From Octopus sinensis (Eukaryota), in NCBI RefSeq assembly GCF_006345805.1, contig NC_042997.1, positions 12,586,001-12,650,000 of the forward strand: a DNA stretch of 64,000 nucleotides, given 5' to 3'. The position numbers and the translations under genes are program-made. Shown one piece after another: positions 50,664-63,849 of the stretch; the first letter of the stretch is position 1; the number at the start of each line of letters is the position of its first letter. Below the pieces are notes generated by a model. It worked only from the letters and a program-made list of their open reading frames with translations. It had not been told where the DNA came from and made no database searches.

Positions 50664-51010
50664 TACATATATACATAAATAAAGAAAGAAAGAGAGAGGC
50701 AAAGGGAGAGAGAGAGAGAGAGAAAGAAAGAGGCTTTAAGAAATAAGAGGGTGACACATCCCTACATCTAGATAGGGAGAAATAAGAGAAAACCTGGAAG
50801 ATAATGAAGAGAAATAGACAAAATGCTAGAAAGACAGAACACAGAACACAAGTAATAAGCCAAGAACTAGAAAATAGCAATAGAAAACATAGAACATACA
50901 AACATATAACCAGACATTATTGTGTTTGTGCCTCAAGTATTCTAAGTAGCATTTCTATTTCTGATATGTCACATATACTGAATCAGCTTTGATTATACAT
51001 ACATACGTAC

Positions 51011-51051
<41 letters not shown>

Positions 51052-51309
51052 TATAAATCTATATGCACGTATGTGTATGTGTGTATGTGGTGTCATGCTT
51101 AGGTGAGATGAGGGTAAATGTTATGATCACGTGACCTAATTTATTGAATTCAAGCCACGCAAGGCATCCCTGGTTAGCAAATAAAATTTAAATATGCACG
51201 TAGAAACACAAAGCAATCTCGTACTCACGCACACAAACACGTAACTTAGATGTTTGCCAGCACTTGCATGTGTGTATGAGTGTGTATGTATATATATATA
51301 TAATATATA

Positions 51310-51366
<57 letters not shown>

Positions 51367-51404
51367 AGAGATAGAGATAAATAAATAGATAGATAGATTA
51401 ATTG

Positions 51405-51560
<156 letters not shown>

Positions 51561-52136
51561 GTTTCTTTATTAGCCACACAGGGCTGAACACAGAGGGGAC
51601 AAATTACAAAGTAGAGCTTTTCTTTTTGGAGAGAAAAAATGGCGTGTATGTTTTCGACCAAAAGGGATCGTAAAAATAACGATCAATGGGGATCGTGTAT
51701 CAGAAATGTCATGATGTAAAGTGTAAATGGGGAAACACATAAGGTTTATCGGTGGAAAGAAAAGCCTACGTAAAAAACCACGGTAATCTCGGTCAATAAT
51801 GTCAGATGTTAACATATTTATTTGCAAGGAAATAACTCTCTGTTTAAAATTTTTACCGGTTTCATAGGATTATGCTCAATGTGGCTTCGTCATTCCTACG
51901 TGCCGTCCTTGCTACATTCACCCATCTTGTTTTGAAACATGCGCTAGACAAAACTTGTCTCTCTACTCTCACTTTCCTTTCCAAGTGATACTTTAAGAAG
52001 TTGATGAGAGATTGACTAGAGAGGAAAGTGTTTGTCTCTAATCCTTTCAGACGCGTCCACCAGATACATTCTTTCACCATAGCCACAAGTATGATAAAAA
52101 TAGCTCTTCCTTCCCGTTTGAAGGAAGGAGGCGTGA
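51561..52136 (-). mobile_element. 3' end of a Tx1/L1-clade LINE (ORF2 C-terminus and 3' UTR)
   Basis: Open frame ...AIFIILVAMVKECIWWTRLKGL...TLSIIL* (K..IW..R motif), ~300-nt UTR ending TGTGGCTAATAAAGAAAC followed by (TATC)n. Confidence 0.7.
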
Positions 52137-52188
52137 TGATAGATAGACAGAAAAAAACACATACACACAATCACATGTAATATACATG

Positions 52189-52241
<53 letters not shown>

Positions 52242-52842
52242 CTACATATATGTAAAATAAGGATTCGGGTTGAATCAAGTACTTGAAAAGTTATGCAAAA
52301 TGTAGGCATATGGTTGATAACTATCAAACAAGATATTCCGGCTGTGTACAGGGACAACGAACCCTATTAGTATTTAGCACCTAAGGACTGGTCCAATTCA
52401 CCTGTTATTCTGAATAGTACGTTGTTGGTACATTCTGGGGTATCCGACAAATCGTAAATCTCCTTGGTGTATTATAATCAAATGAATAATAACATACAAT
52501 AGATAATTGTTAGCTCATTACAACTGTTTCTTGCGCATCTTTTTAATAAAAGAATGAGAGCATTACTCCATTCCAAAAAAAACGTAATCATGAGATAAAA
52601 CATATACATTCGCTGCTTTCTTCCAATGAATCTAATTCTCTTAACTTAGTTTTTCCTTAGAGCTGGCCAGATTGGAGTAATCTCGAGTATAATCAGCCGA
52701 AATTAACCGAAGATAATCTGGTACTCGACTCAGGGAACAAAACTTCGAATGACCCGTCCTTGTTTTCTTTATATCGTCTAACTAGATGTTTTGTTGTCCC
52801 ATTTTGTATTTTACACACACATACACACAAACACACACACAC

Positions 52843-52873
<31 letters not shown>

Positions 52874-52935
52874 ATATATATATATATAAGTATATGAAAG
52901 AATGGAGTTGAACGACTAGTTAACAAATATCCTTT

Positions 52936-53020
52936 ATTCTCGACGTATGTTTCGAAGGCTGCATATTCCTAATTCCGAAGGAATAAGAAGTACATTATGC
53001 AGATTTCTCATCAGGAAAAT
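52936..53020 (-). ncRNA. Type I hammerhead ribozyme, canonical core, long stem II
   Basis: ATTTTC-CTGATGA-GAA at CTGCATA[30 nt]TATGCAG cc TTC-GAAA-C atac G-TC-GAGAAT; GUC site at 52942. Confidence 0.8.
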
Positions 53021-53091
53021 CAAGGAACTTATGTCGACATCAAAATGCACACACACACACACACACACGCACACACACACACATATATATA

Positions 53092-53131
<40 letters not shown>

Positions 53132-53133
<2 letters not shown>

Positions 53134-53213
53134 TTTATTTAAAGCAGCAGTAGAACCTGTTACTCTGATTTTCACGTTCCCGTTCGTCGGACAGTTTTTG
53201 TGTTTACTCCGGT
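53132..53213 (-). mobile_element. ~80-bp (TA)n-embedded element with a decayed HHR-like motif (53157-53194)
   Basis: ctgt CCGACGA acg ggaa cgt GAAA atcagag TA acag; homologous to 4380-4450. Confidence 0.55.
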
Positions 53214-53224
53214 ATATATATATA

Positions 53225-54810
53225 TATATAACTGAATTAATTGTTTGAATGTGTAACAGAGTATATAAGAGGTCGTTTGTCCGATCTGGGTACTGGGAGG
53301 AGATTATTCTCCGTTATATATATAGATATACATGTATGTATATATATATATATATAATATATATATATTATATATATATATATACATACACACACACGCA
53401 CACACAAACATATATATGTAATATGTGTTTGTTCCTGCATATACACATATACACTTACACACAAAGATTTATATATATCATGAATCCAGCAAATTAACTT
53501 AATCGTAACCTTATTTCGCTCGTAAGTGTACGATTGTCATTCGATTCCGATACGAAGCTGAACGTTGTTTTCATGATGAAACACTTCATCTTACTTTCTT
53601 CCAGTCCACTCACCTGAAGATAATACCCTACAACTCCTGGCTTTGTGTTTAGCGTGATACTCATTTAGAATGTTTTAGTCGATTTTGATGCCCATATTCC
53701 ATTTTTTTTAAATATTTTCCAGATATTTTGAAAACGTACTTGTATTTGCTGTGGGTCTGCATTGGCTTGTCTCTGCTGATTCTCTATTTCGTTTACTTTC
53801 GTATACTTATCTGTACTTGAGGGCAAAAGAAACTTTATTTTTTTTTTTTACTATTTGCAGCAGCTAGATATCATGCTCCATGCTGTCGTTCTCATTGCCT
53901 TTGTTTTTCCTCTCTTATTTGGCCACATCTCCGGGATGACCTTGTAGCATTTTAGAGTGATTAGGACTGCAAATCCAATTTAACTCTACCAGACCGGAAG
54001 TCACATCTTGCATGCCTGGTTTCAAATTCACACCAATGCAGGGATACAAAGTGACACCTAATCAAAAATCCACATAATTTCTCTGTACACCTCAACTTCC
54101 TCGATCTTGCAATTCTCTGTTCTGTATACTCAAGCAAAAATATACGATCAGGCTTTTGTTTCTCTATTTAAGCCAGGGTTTTGTCTGGGTTTCCCTTTTG
54201 AATTCACCGCAGAAGCAACCATAACAATATCCTTTTGAACTGAAAGAATTTCCTCCGAAATTTCATATAGAGGTTCTTTTAACTGCTGATTCTACCGTGC
54301 TGAGAAAATCCCGCCCGCCTTTTTAAACCGCAAGTATTATTTTTTCTTTGGTCATTCTAGGATTCGATCTTGCATCAATGAGTCACAATTTGGCTTCACA
54401 AAATCTTATCAATGAATTCCTTTCTAGAAACTATGCAAAGTTCCAAAATCTTATTGAAAGCACGCCTAACTTTTTAGACAGTATTACTGTATGAATAGTT
54501 TTAACATATTTAAACACTCCGTGTGAATGTTGCTGTTTTTAAGTTATAACTGAATTAATTGTTAGAACGTTCGATATACTTTTTTCTAGAAGTTTTTCAT
54601 TAAAATGCTAATTATTTTCTAGCAATTCATTCTCTGTTGCAACTTTGTGTTCATGTATTGTTTTTGCTTTGTGTGTAATATTTCAGTATCTATGGTGGGT
54701 GTATTTCGTAGATATCTTGAACAGAAATGTGGTCAAAATGTGTAACAGAGTATATAAGAGGTCGTTTGTCCGATCTTGGGTACTGGGAGGAGATTATTCT
54801 CCATTAATTA
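53225..54810 (+). mobile_element. Old degenerate PLE-like relic with partial direct terminal repeats
   Basis: 53225-53313 matches 54547-54565 joined to 54738-54805; internal RDDLVAF, HLNFLDL and KIYDQ motifs resemble PLE RT. Confidence 0.35.
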
Positions 54811-54999
54811 AAATACGTTGGGGGCAAGTAGTACAAAGAAACTTAATTTAGTAATAATGAAAATAAAGTTATATCTCAGAGAGAAAAGCAAATTATGTCT
54901 TCACGCTACAAGAGCTACCATGAACAACAACGACCAGAATAAACTACTGCCACCTCTGACTCATCATCATCAGCAATAAGGATAATAATTTATAACTTT

Positions 55000-55197
55000 T
55001 GACACAAGGCCAGTAAACTCGGTCGAAAGTCGATTATCTCGAGGCCAGCGCTCAAATGGTACTTATTTTATCGACCAGCGAAAGGGTAAAAGCAAAGTTG
55101 ACCTCTGCGAAATTTGAACTCAAAACAGAAAGAACGACGAAAGGCAGGTAAGCATTTTGCCTGGTGTGCTAACGATCTTGCCAGCTTGCCGCCTTAA
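55000..55197 (-). mobile_element. SINE-B, degenerate
   Basis: Diverged family match. Confidence 0.65.
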
Positions 55198-56736
55198 ATG
55201 TCCGAGTCAAATATGAATAAAATAAATAGTAATTAATCAGAAATCTTAAATTGTGGTATGGAAAAAGACACAGATGGACATATACAAGCAGAAATAGGCA
55301 CAAATTCATACATATATTCGAACGTGCATGCGCATAGGTATACGTACATGTATACATATACATATGCACACTTGTGTATTGTAAAAACAAATGTATAAGT
55401 GTATCAATATCTATGGAAGTCTGCGCGTATTTCTACGCGAGGAAATAAAAACTGATAGTTTGACTATGCTTATAAATTTATAAAAGAATCAGCGTACAAA
55501 ATTACAAAACGTTGTTAAAATTATAGGAGTAGGAAGAGGAGAGATGATTTAATTAGCGCATAGGTTGCAAGACAACCAGTAATAAAATGTGAGAACTGAA
55601 AGGTAATTTAGTACAGTAAGAGTGATGGTTGGTATCAGGAGCGACATTGGCAGGAGCGAGGTGGTGGGTTGAAACATATATCGGCTATAATTTATGCTAA
55701 CGCTTAATAGTATCGGAATATTTCTATTGTGTTATGTATGATAGATGAGATTCTTTTCGAATTACTGCTGTAGATGGAGCACTTTGTGTTACTTATGACT
55801 ATGCGTTTGTTAGTGTAGGTCTCATATGCTCTATTTACAGAGCAAGATTTTGCATTAAATTTAGAGGTTCAATCCTAACTCATATACCGTTTTCTTAAAA
55901 CCCCAGATGTATATGTAGAAGGCTGTGTTGTTTCCTCTGAGTCAGTTTAGGAATATATAATTATACTGATTTAAGTGTTGTTTGAAGTAATTAAAAATCA
56001 ATCCAAAGCGTTTTTGTGGGAACATTTTGTATACACTGGAAAGCAACATACTCTTTCCTAAAACATATGGATTTAGTAATATATTGGTTAATAGTGTTTA
56101 GTAATATATTAGTAATATATTAGTTAATAGTACTCAGTCATTCCGTTTAAACAGGATAGTAAAGAATGAAGTTTGGTAAATATGAGTATAGTATACTAAG
56201 AGATTTTATTAATATTGTTGTTGATAATTTGGTAGTATATCGTTGTGAGAAATGTTTTTATTTTTTGTTAAATATATTTTTTATGCAAATGTACTTTTCC
56301 GTTTAAATGTATTTTTAATTGTTATTAAAGATATTTCTAAATGTATGTTTAATGAATTTGATTGTTTCTATAATGTAGATAATCTCGTTATACATACTCC
56401 TTAAAGAAGATGCGTTCTAATATGTAAAAATCTGTAAACGTTTGCTTATTATCAGAAATTTGAATCCTAACTAGAATGAATGCTCTTAAATATTTCATCA
56501 ATAATATTCTTGGGAGATCTAAATTATTTATAGATTTAATTTAACGCTTCACTAGGATAACGTTGAAAGTTTGATTGAGAGTAATATCAAAGTAATTAAC
56601 ACTGGAAATGTTAATGTGCAAGGGAATTTACATTCTTTGAATCTACAGGGGGTGTTATATATTTCATGCAATACAGGAAGAAGAGTATACGGAATTTAGT
56701 TAATAACTTCATGTGATGTTCTGTTTTATATTTCAG

Positions 56737-56824
56737 ATATCGCCTGTGCATCGAGAAATCAGAAGCAGTAACGAGAAGTTATAAGAATTACCTTTCATTG
56801 CTCCCGCTTTTTAAACAGGATTAA
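56737..56824 (+). CDS. Candidate terminal coding exon ((R)YRLCIEKSEAVTRSYKNYLSLLPLFKQD*)
   Basis: Acceptor CTGTTTTATATTTCAG|; coding-like composition; followed by ~1.7 kb free of SINEs and long microsatellites, with AATAAA near 57748 and 58050; frame uncertain, protein not recognised. Confidence 0.35.
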
Positions 56825-58544
56825 ACAGACGCAATATGTATATAAAGTAGGGCAAGATTAATACACTGGAAAGCAATATAATCGATGGACATTAATACCA
56901 TGCATTTAAAACACTAAATATCCTCTAATTTGGACTCACAATTTATTGCTGAGTTAGGTACTTCTCAGATTATTTTTAATAAGCTTCTAATGCGTGCAAT
57001 ATATATATATATATGATACCAGAATAATTTTCTAGAAACAGACAGCGTGTCTTCCAAGCCAAAATTCACTTTCCAGGGAATTATTTAATAAGCATATAAT
57101 GAAATACATGAATATCTACATGAAAATATAATGTAGATTTTAACAAAGAAAAATATTTTTTGATGCAAATTGTTGAAACTACTATTCGTTGCCAGGACCT
57201 TTTATCAACGTTTGCTTGGTTTACTTATAAACAGTCGTTGGATGCAGTTCTTGAAAAGGTTGCCATGTAAAATAACTGGACATACTATCTTCAATGAAGT
57301 AAAGTAATACATAGAAACGAAGAACTCTACAGGGAAAAATCATGCTTCAATGTAACTGAGATATTGCTGGTGCAGTGCTTGTCAAAGGAACGAGGTATAC
57401 AACAGGAATGATAGAATTATGTCACATATTTTACATGTGCATTGCATTATTTCTCTAGCGGCAAATCACTAAAGTGGTAACATGCAGAAGGGCTTTTCTT
57501 TGCAGTCCTCCTAATTAATTTTAAATGAAAGTTAATGTTTTTAATTACATAATTTCTTCAGCAATTTTGTGACGAGGAAGTTAAAACTTTGCTGATGCAC
57601 ATGCATGTATGGAGGCGATACAAGTGTTAATCCCTCGATAGAAGTATTACGCTTCGAGAGACATTAATCAATTTTTTTATAGTTCTAATTTTCATTAAAT
57701 GAACCAAATGCCTCCCAAAATCAAGCGGGCCAGTTGATAAAAGGTGAAATAAAATTACCTTTTTAAAAGCATTGTGATTAAGTTAGTCAACAAATTAAAT
57801 ATAATATTCGAAGGGCAAATGTCTTGCCTTACAAAAAGTACGATTTTCACATGGTCAAAAAACATTAGCATTTTCGGCTCTCGGAAGGACTTGCAAGAAA
57901 TACTATTGCTAAGAAGAAAGACCAAACTTTTAACTTTTGTACGAGCAAGTTTTACCTTCAACCAGAGATATCCACACAAAAGACAAATTGCTTATTAATG
58001 TTGTTTCTTTAGTAATTCAAGCAGCATTAAAACTCCACAAACTTTATGGAATAAAATATGTTAACATCAGCTGACAAAAAACTTCATTAGTGGAAGCAAT
58101 ACCACAAATCTGTTTCCTACTTAAGAGATACAGAAGATAACTGTAATATGTAGTTATTTACAAAGACAAAGGCCAAAACAATGCGTTTCGGTAGAGAAGA
58201 GAAGGAAATTTGTGAATGATCTAAGGATATATGGCGAGGTACCTCCTGGTCTCTGAGACTTCCGATAAACCAGGATAAAGAAGTAGAGAATTCCGCCTCT
58301 TGGGAAATTTGAACGTCTTCACATTTGAAAGTTACCTTAACAACATTCTACTAAAATCATGTAAAGTATGATTTCTTTTTTCATTGCAAAGATGTTCATC
58401 ATACATTTGAAACTTACAACACAGTATTTGGATACCTACCTATACATATTTATTGGATAGAAAGTTCCACTCTAGTATATTCTTTAAGCATGATGGGGTA
58501 TATCCATGGTCAGCAATTTGCTTTTAACTCAGCTTCAAATATAT

Positions 58545-58950
58545 ACTCTTTACTCTTTTACTTGTTTCAGTCATTTGACTGCAGCCATGCTGGAGCACCG
58601 CCTTTAATCGAGCAACCTGACCCCGGGACTTATTCTTTTTGTAAGCCCAGTAGTTATTCCATCGGTCTCTTTTGCCGAACCGCTTAGTATCGGGGACACA
58701 AACACACCAGCATCGGTTGTCAAGCAATGCTAGGGGGACAATCATAGACACACAAACACACAGGCATATATACATATACATATATACGACGGGCTTCTTT
58801 TCAGTTTCCGTCTACTAAATCCACTCACAAGGCTTTGGTCAGCCCGAGGCTATAGCAGAAGACACTTGCCCAAGATGCCACGCAGTGGGACTGAACCCGG
58901 AACCATGTGGTTGGTTAGAAAGTTACTTACCACAGAGCCACTCCTGCGCC
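58545..58950 (-). mobile_element. SINE-A, full length
   Basis: Family match. Confidence 0.9.
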
Positions 58951-59289
58951 TAGTAAACATTAAAAAAAGTCCAATGCTTGACTAAATTGCATTAAAGATA
59001 TCAGACACAGGCACAAGCTCGGAATTTATTCTCGAAAAAATAAAAGTATGTACCTATAAAATTAATGTTATCCCTCCGTGCTCTAAGTTTTACGAATTTG
59101 CAATTCTCACAGAGGGAGCAATTCAAATTGCAGTTAAAGGGGAGGTTTTCAACTCAGTAACAGTTCATATGAGAGACCCTAGCATCTATATCAATTTGTG
59201 TATGCATAAACGATTGAATGTTTGTGTGTGTATGATTGTGTGTGAAGGGGCGTACATAAAACACATACTTATATACATTTTTATATATC

Positions 59290-59301
59290 TATATCTTTAC
59301 A

Positions 59302-59356
<55 letters not shown>

Positions 59357-59403
59357 TACATATGTATATGTGTATATATATATAAATGTGTATATATATA
59401 TAA

Positions 59404-59439
<36 letters not shown>

Positions 59440-59440
59440 C

Positions 59441-59492
<52 letters not shown>

Positions 59493-59564
59493 TATATACA
59501 TATATATATATATATACATATATGTATATATATATATATGTATTATATATATGTATATATAATG

Positions 59565-59597
<33 letters not shown>

Positions 59598-59720
59598 CTA
59601 TATATATACATATATATATATATACATATATATATTATACATACTTGTGTGTGTAAATATGGTGAATGTATATATATATATACATATATATGTACATATA
59701 TATATATATATACATACTTG
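59290..59720. repeat. Interrupted (TA)n array
   Basis: Directly visible. Confidence 0.95.
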
Positions 59721-59999
59721 TGTGTGAAAATATGGTGAATGTATAAGAGCTTATGCATGGCTATACATACACAAATATATACATTTGTTTTCCCAGAGTC
59801 TCCATTTATAATTTTGATATTAATCATTTTTCTCCAGGATAGAATACATATATATTTTTTCATATGTTGACCTGCAATTTTTTTCATAATTTGATAAAAT
59901 ATATTTTTTAGTATATCAACCATTATGTTTTTCACAAATTGCATTTATTATCCTTCAGCATACCCTGTTTTTTAACCTCTATTCACAGTTATTGTAGTT

Positions 60000-60099
60000 G
60001 TAGTCTTCGTCATCAGCTTCCTCGTCATCATCATCATCACCACCTTCTTTTTCTTCTTCTTCCTCTTCCTCTTCTTCTTCTTCTTCTCTTCTTCTTCTT

Positions 60100-60171
<72 letters not shown>

Positions 60172-60232
60172 ATTATTATTATTACTATTATTATTATTAT
60201 TATTATTATCATTACTAGTATTATTATTATTA

Positions 60233-60272
<40 letters not shown>

Positions 60273-60300
60273 CGTCATCATTAGCATTGCTGACGATGAT
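60000..60300. repeat. (CAT)n/(CTT)n/(ATT)n compound microsatellite
   Basis: Directly visible. Confidence 0.95.
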
Positions 60301-60416
60301 GGTGATCATGATAATATTAGCTTAAATTTACTTGCTGCAATCAGACAGATCTCTCTCCCATTCCGATACTTATTTTCCCCGAGACATGAAACACACACAC
60401 ACACACACACACACAC

Positions 60417-60452
<36 letters not shown>

Positions 60453-60453
60453 G

Positions 60454-60508
<55 letters not shown>

Positions 60509-61024
60509 TCGCACAAATGTTTCTTCGTATACGTTTGACTGTATACCTAAATAATATCCATGTATGTATATATACATACACACACGCACATACTCAAACA
60601 CACATACACATACATATAATGTATATATGTATATTTTTATCAAAATATACACAGACATATATGAAATTATATGTCGATATAGTGCATCGTCTTCTCGCAT
60701 TACTCTCCCCCCTTATGTATCTATAAAAAGAAAGAAGTGGGGGCTGGAGAAACACATGTAAGAGTGTGTTAATAGAAAAATAGAGAAATTTTTCGTATCT
60801 TTTGAAAGACACACTGAGCAGTGATGTTTGAAATAAAACTTCGTACATTTATATTTAACACATTGGTGTACCCTCATACATGGAAATTCTTCTGCACTCA
60901 CTCTCGCGGAAAAGAATTTGTCTTTGTAGACAATATGTATGAAAATACATGAAGCTGGGCTATGAATGACATCATAAGAGTGAAGAATACCTGTTTCTGC
61001 TTCGCTACGCTTTATCTGTTACAG

Positions 61025-61090
61025 AAACCGAATCCCTTGTTCATAGACCATGATGAAGAACTGCTGCTCTTAAGTGCAACACGAAGATAA
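61025..61090 (+). CDS. Weak candidate terminal exon (KPNPLFIDHDEELLLLSATRR*)
   Basis: Acceptor CTTTATCTGTTACAG|; overlapping AATAAA signals at ~61172-61182. Confidence 0.2.
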   Translation, partial: KPNPLFIDHDEELLLLSATRR

Positions 61091-61220
61091 TGATTTGTGA
61101 GCGATGTGAACGTAAAGATAATGATATGTACAGCGATGTCAAGCATGAATTCATTACTTAAATCACCGATGAATAAAATAAAGCTGTATGTAATCAACAT
61201 GTCAGTATACTGACAAATGT

Positions 61221-61551
61221 GAGGGCGCGTGGCTTAGTGGTTAGGGCATTCGGCTCATGATCGTAAGGTTGTGAGTTCGATTCCCGGCGACGCGTTGTGT
61301 CCTTGAGCAAGACACTTTATTTCACGTTGCTCCAGTCCACTCAGCTGGCAAATATGAGTTGTACTTGTATTTCAAAGGGTCAGCCATGTCACTCTTTGTG
61401 TCACGCTGATTATCCCCGAGAACTACGTTAAGGGTACACGTGTCTGTGGAATGCTCAGCCATTTGCACGTTAATTTCACGAGCAAGCTGTTCCGTTGATC
61501 GTATCAGCTGGGACCCTCGTCGTCGTAACCGGCGGAGTCTTTTTTTTTTTA
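61221..61551 (+). mobile_element. SINE-C2 (tRNA-derived) with 14-bp target-site duplication and T-rich end
   Basis: A box TGGCTTAGTGG, B box GTTCGATTCC; ATACTGACAAATGT at 61207-61220 and 61552-61565. Confidence 0.9.
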
Positions 61552-61845
61552 ATACTGACAAATGTAAATAAGAAAATCAATCGCTGCGGTACCTGTCTCT
61601 GGTGAGAAATATTACTTATATGCAAAGCGCATATAAGGAACACTTATTGAAATTACACCTGCGTTCTAAGCATATTTAGTTGCATAAAGGATATGAGTTG
61701 CCGTATCGCTCTGCGGTACTTGTAAATAAGGAAATCATTAAATCTTAAATAATCATAAACAAATATTATTAAAATATACAAGTGCGTTTTCAACTTTATT
61801 TCTTTCACCTTTTACTGGAGATTAAAGCACATAAAGATAGGCATG

Positions 61846-61881
<36 letters not shown>

Positions 61882-62267
61882 TTTAGGTATGCTTGCATGC
61901 ATGTAAGTACGTTCGTATATACGTCAGTATGTCTGTCTGCCACCATATACATACATACATACATACATACATACATACATACATACGTACATACATACAT
62001 ACATACACACACATACGCACGCACACAGACACACACACACATCACAACACATATCACAATAAACTACTACTCAGAGTTTCACACATTCTCATTAATCGCA
62101 AAGTCTAGACTGAAAATGTCAGACGAATGGGAATGTGAAACTCTGAATAGCAGTTTATTGCGATATTTTTGTAATGTTTTGGCAGCTTTAGTAATAATAA
62201 AGTATATTACTCCACCAGTATTCGAGTTCTATTTTTACCCATCAGATTTATGAGATTACTTTGATAC

Positions 62268-62314
<47 letters not shown>

Positions 62315-62374
62315 ATATATGTAAGTATGTATGCATGTATGTATGTATGTATGTATATATATATATAATATTTT

Positions 62375-62595
62375 TTTATTCTGTGAATTCATTCAGTCAT
62401 TTGATTGCAGCCATACTGGAACACCGCTTTAAAGAGTTTTCGTCGAAGAAATCAGCCCCAGGATTAAATCGTTACAAGTCTAGAACTTCTTCTATCGGTC
62501 TCTTTTACCGAGTGGCTACCTTACGGGAACATAAACACACCAACATCGGTTGTCAGGTGATGTGGGGGAAGAAACACAGACACAAAGACACACAC
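62375..62595 (-). mobile_element. SINE-A, degenerate 3' half
   Basis: Family match. Confidence 0.65.
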
Positions 62596-62742
62596 ACACA
62601 TAATATTTAAACATATATATATGCGTTATATATATATTATTATATATAATATAATATAAATATTACATATATACAACAATATCTGTTTCAACACAGGGTC
62701 TAACATCAGGAAATTTGTAATACAATATTTAAACGCAATTAT

Positions 62743-62776
<34 letters not shown>

Positions 62777-62778
62777 AT

Positions 62779-63280
62779 ACTAGCAGTATCGCCCGGCGTT
62801 GCTCGGGTTTGTAAGGGAATAACTATATAACCATTTTTAGAGAGTGATAGCCAACAAAGCAAAAAATGCATTGAAAATGGAAAAAAATTATGGGTAATTT
62901 TTTTTTAAATCGTTTTACTTCATCGTAGACATTTTTAGAGAGTTACTTCCCTTATATAATAGCGAAAAAATGCATTAAAAATGGGAAAAAATGATGGTAA
63001 ATTTTTTTTTAATCGTTGACTCATCATAGACATTTTTAGAGAGTTACTTCCCTTATATAATAGCGAAAAAATGCATTAAAAATGGGAAAAAATGATGGTA
63101 ATTTTTTTTTAAATCGTAGACTCATAGTAGACGCGCGCTAATACCCAGAAGGGCTCGATATGAATCACGACTATAAGATACCCGGTTTTGGTTAAACTGC
63201 AACCGCAAAATGTGGGAGTAGTTAGGAATCTAAATCGTAGGAGACAGACAGCACACAACCTCACTTTTATATATAAAGAT
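62779..63280 (+). mobile_element. Non-autonomous Helentron/DINE-1-like (HINE) element
   Basis: 5' ACTAGCAGTATCGCCCGGCGTTGCTCGGG (hairpin CCCG/CGGG), internal ~100-bp tandem units, 3' GACAGACA...CTTTTATATATAAAGAT. Confidence 0.55.
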
Positions 63281-63467
63281 TTGGTATTAGTCAACAATTG
63301 TTTTGTGTACGCGAGAAAGGTAAACTGTTAGAGACATTCGTTAGATTCTTATGCTTGAAACAATAGTTTTTATTGAGAAGTGATTTAATTTCTCGAATTT
63401 ACTTGCCCTTGTACTGTAATGCCGTTATTTAGACTCTACTTCTTACTGTGTTTGCATTTAGAAACCA

Positions 63468-63843
63468 ACTAGCAGTATCGCCCGGCGTTGCTCGGGTTTG
63501 TAAGGGAAGCACTATAAAGCATTTTTAGAGAGTTTATAGCCAAAAAATGGAAAAAAATTATGGTAAATTTTTTTTTTTTTAGTTAAAAAGGTCGAGTTGC
63601 GTCTCCTAGACAGTCTGTGGTTTGTGTTTCTGATTCTCGACCCCATGTCGAATTTATCGATTTTTTTCAGAACTGGGGGAACTTTTCAAAATTTTCGCTG
63701 TGTTAGTTTTGAATTATGACATTGGGCTATGTGTGTGTCAAGTTTCATCAGAATCGGTTGAAAGCCTTGGTCAGGGTGAGGGTACAACCTAACAGACACA
63801 CAGAAACACACACAGACAAACTGCCTTTTATATATAGAGAGAT
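63468..63843 (+). mobile_element. Second HINE-like element with the same termini and a different interior
   Basis: First ~40 bp identical to 62779; ends CAGACAAACTGCCTTTTATATATAGAGAGAT. Confidence 0.55.
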
Positions 63844-63849
63844 ATATAT

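Noticed and set aside
61221-61300. tRNA gene
   Set aside because: A and B boxes are present but it continues into a SINE body bounded by a TSD; same for the other SINE heads
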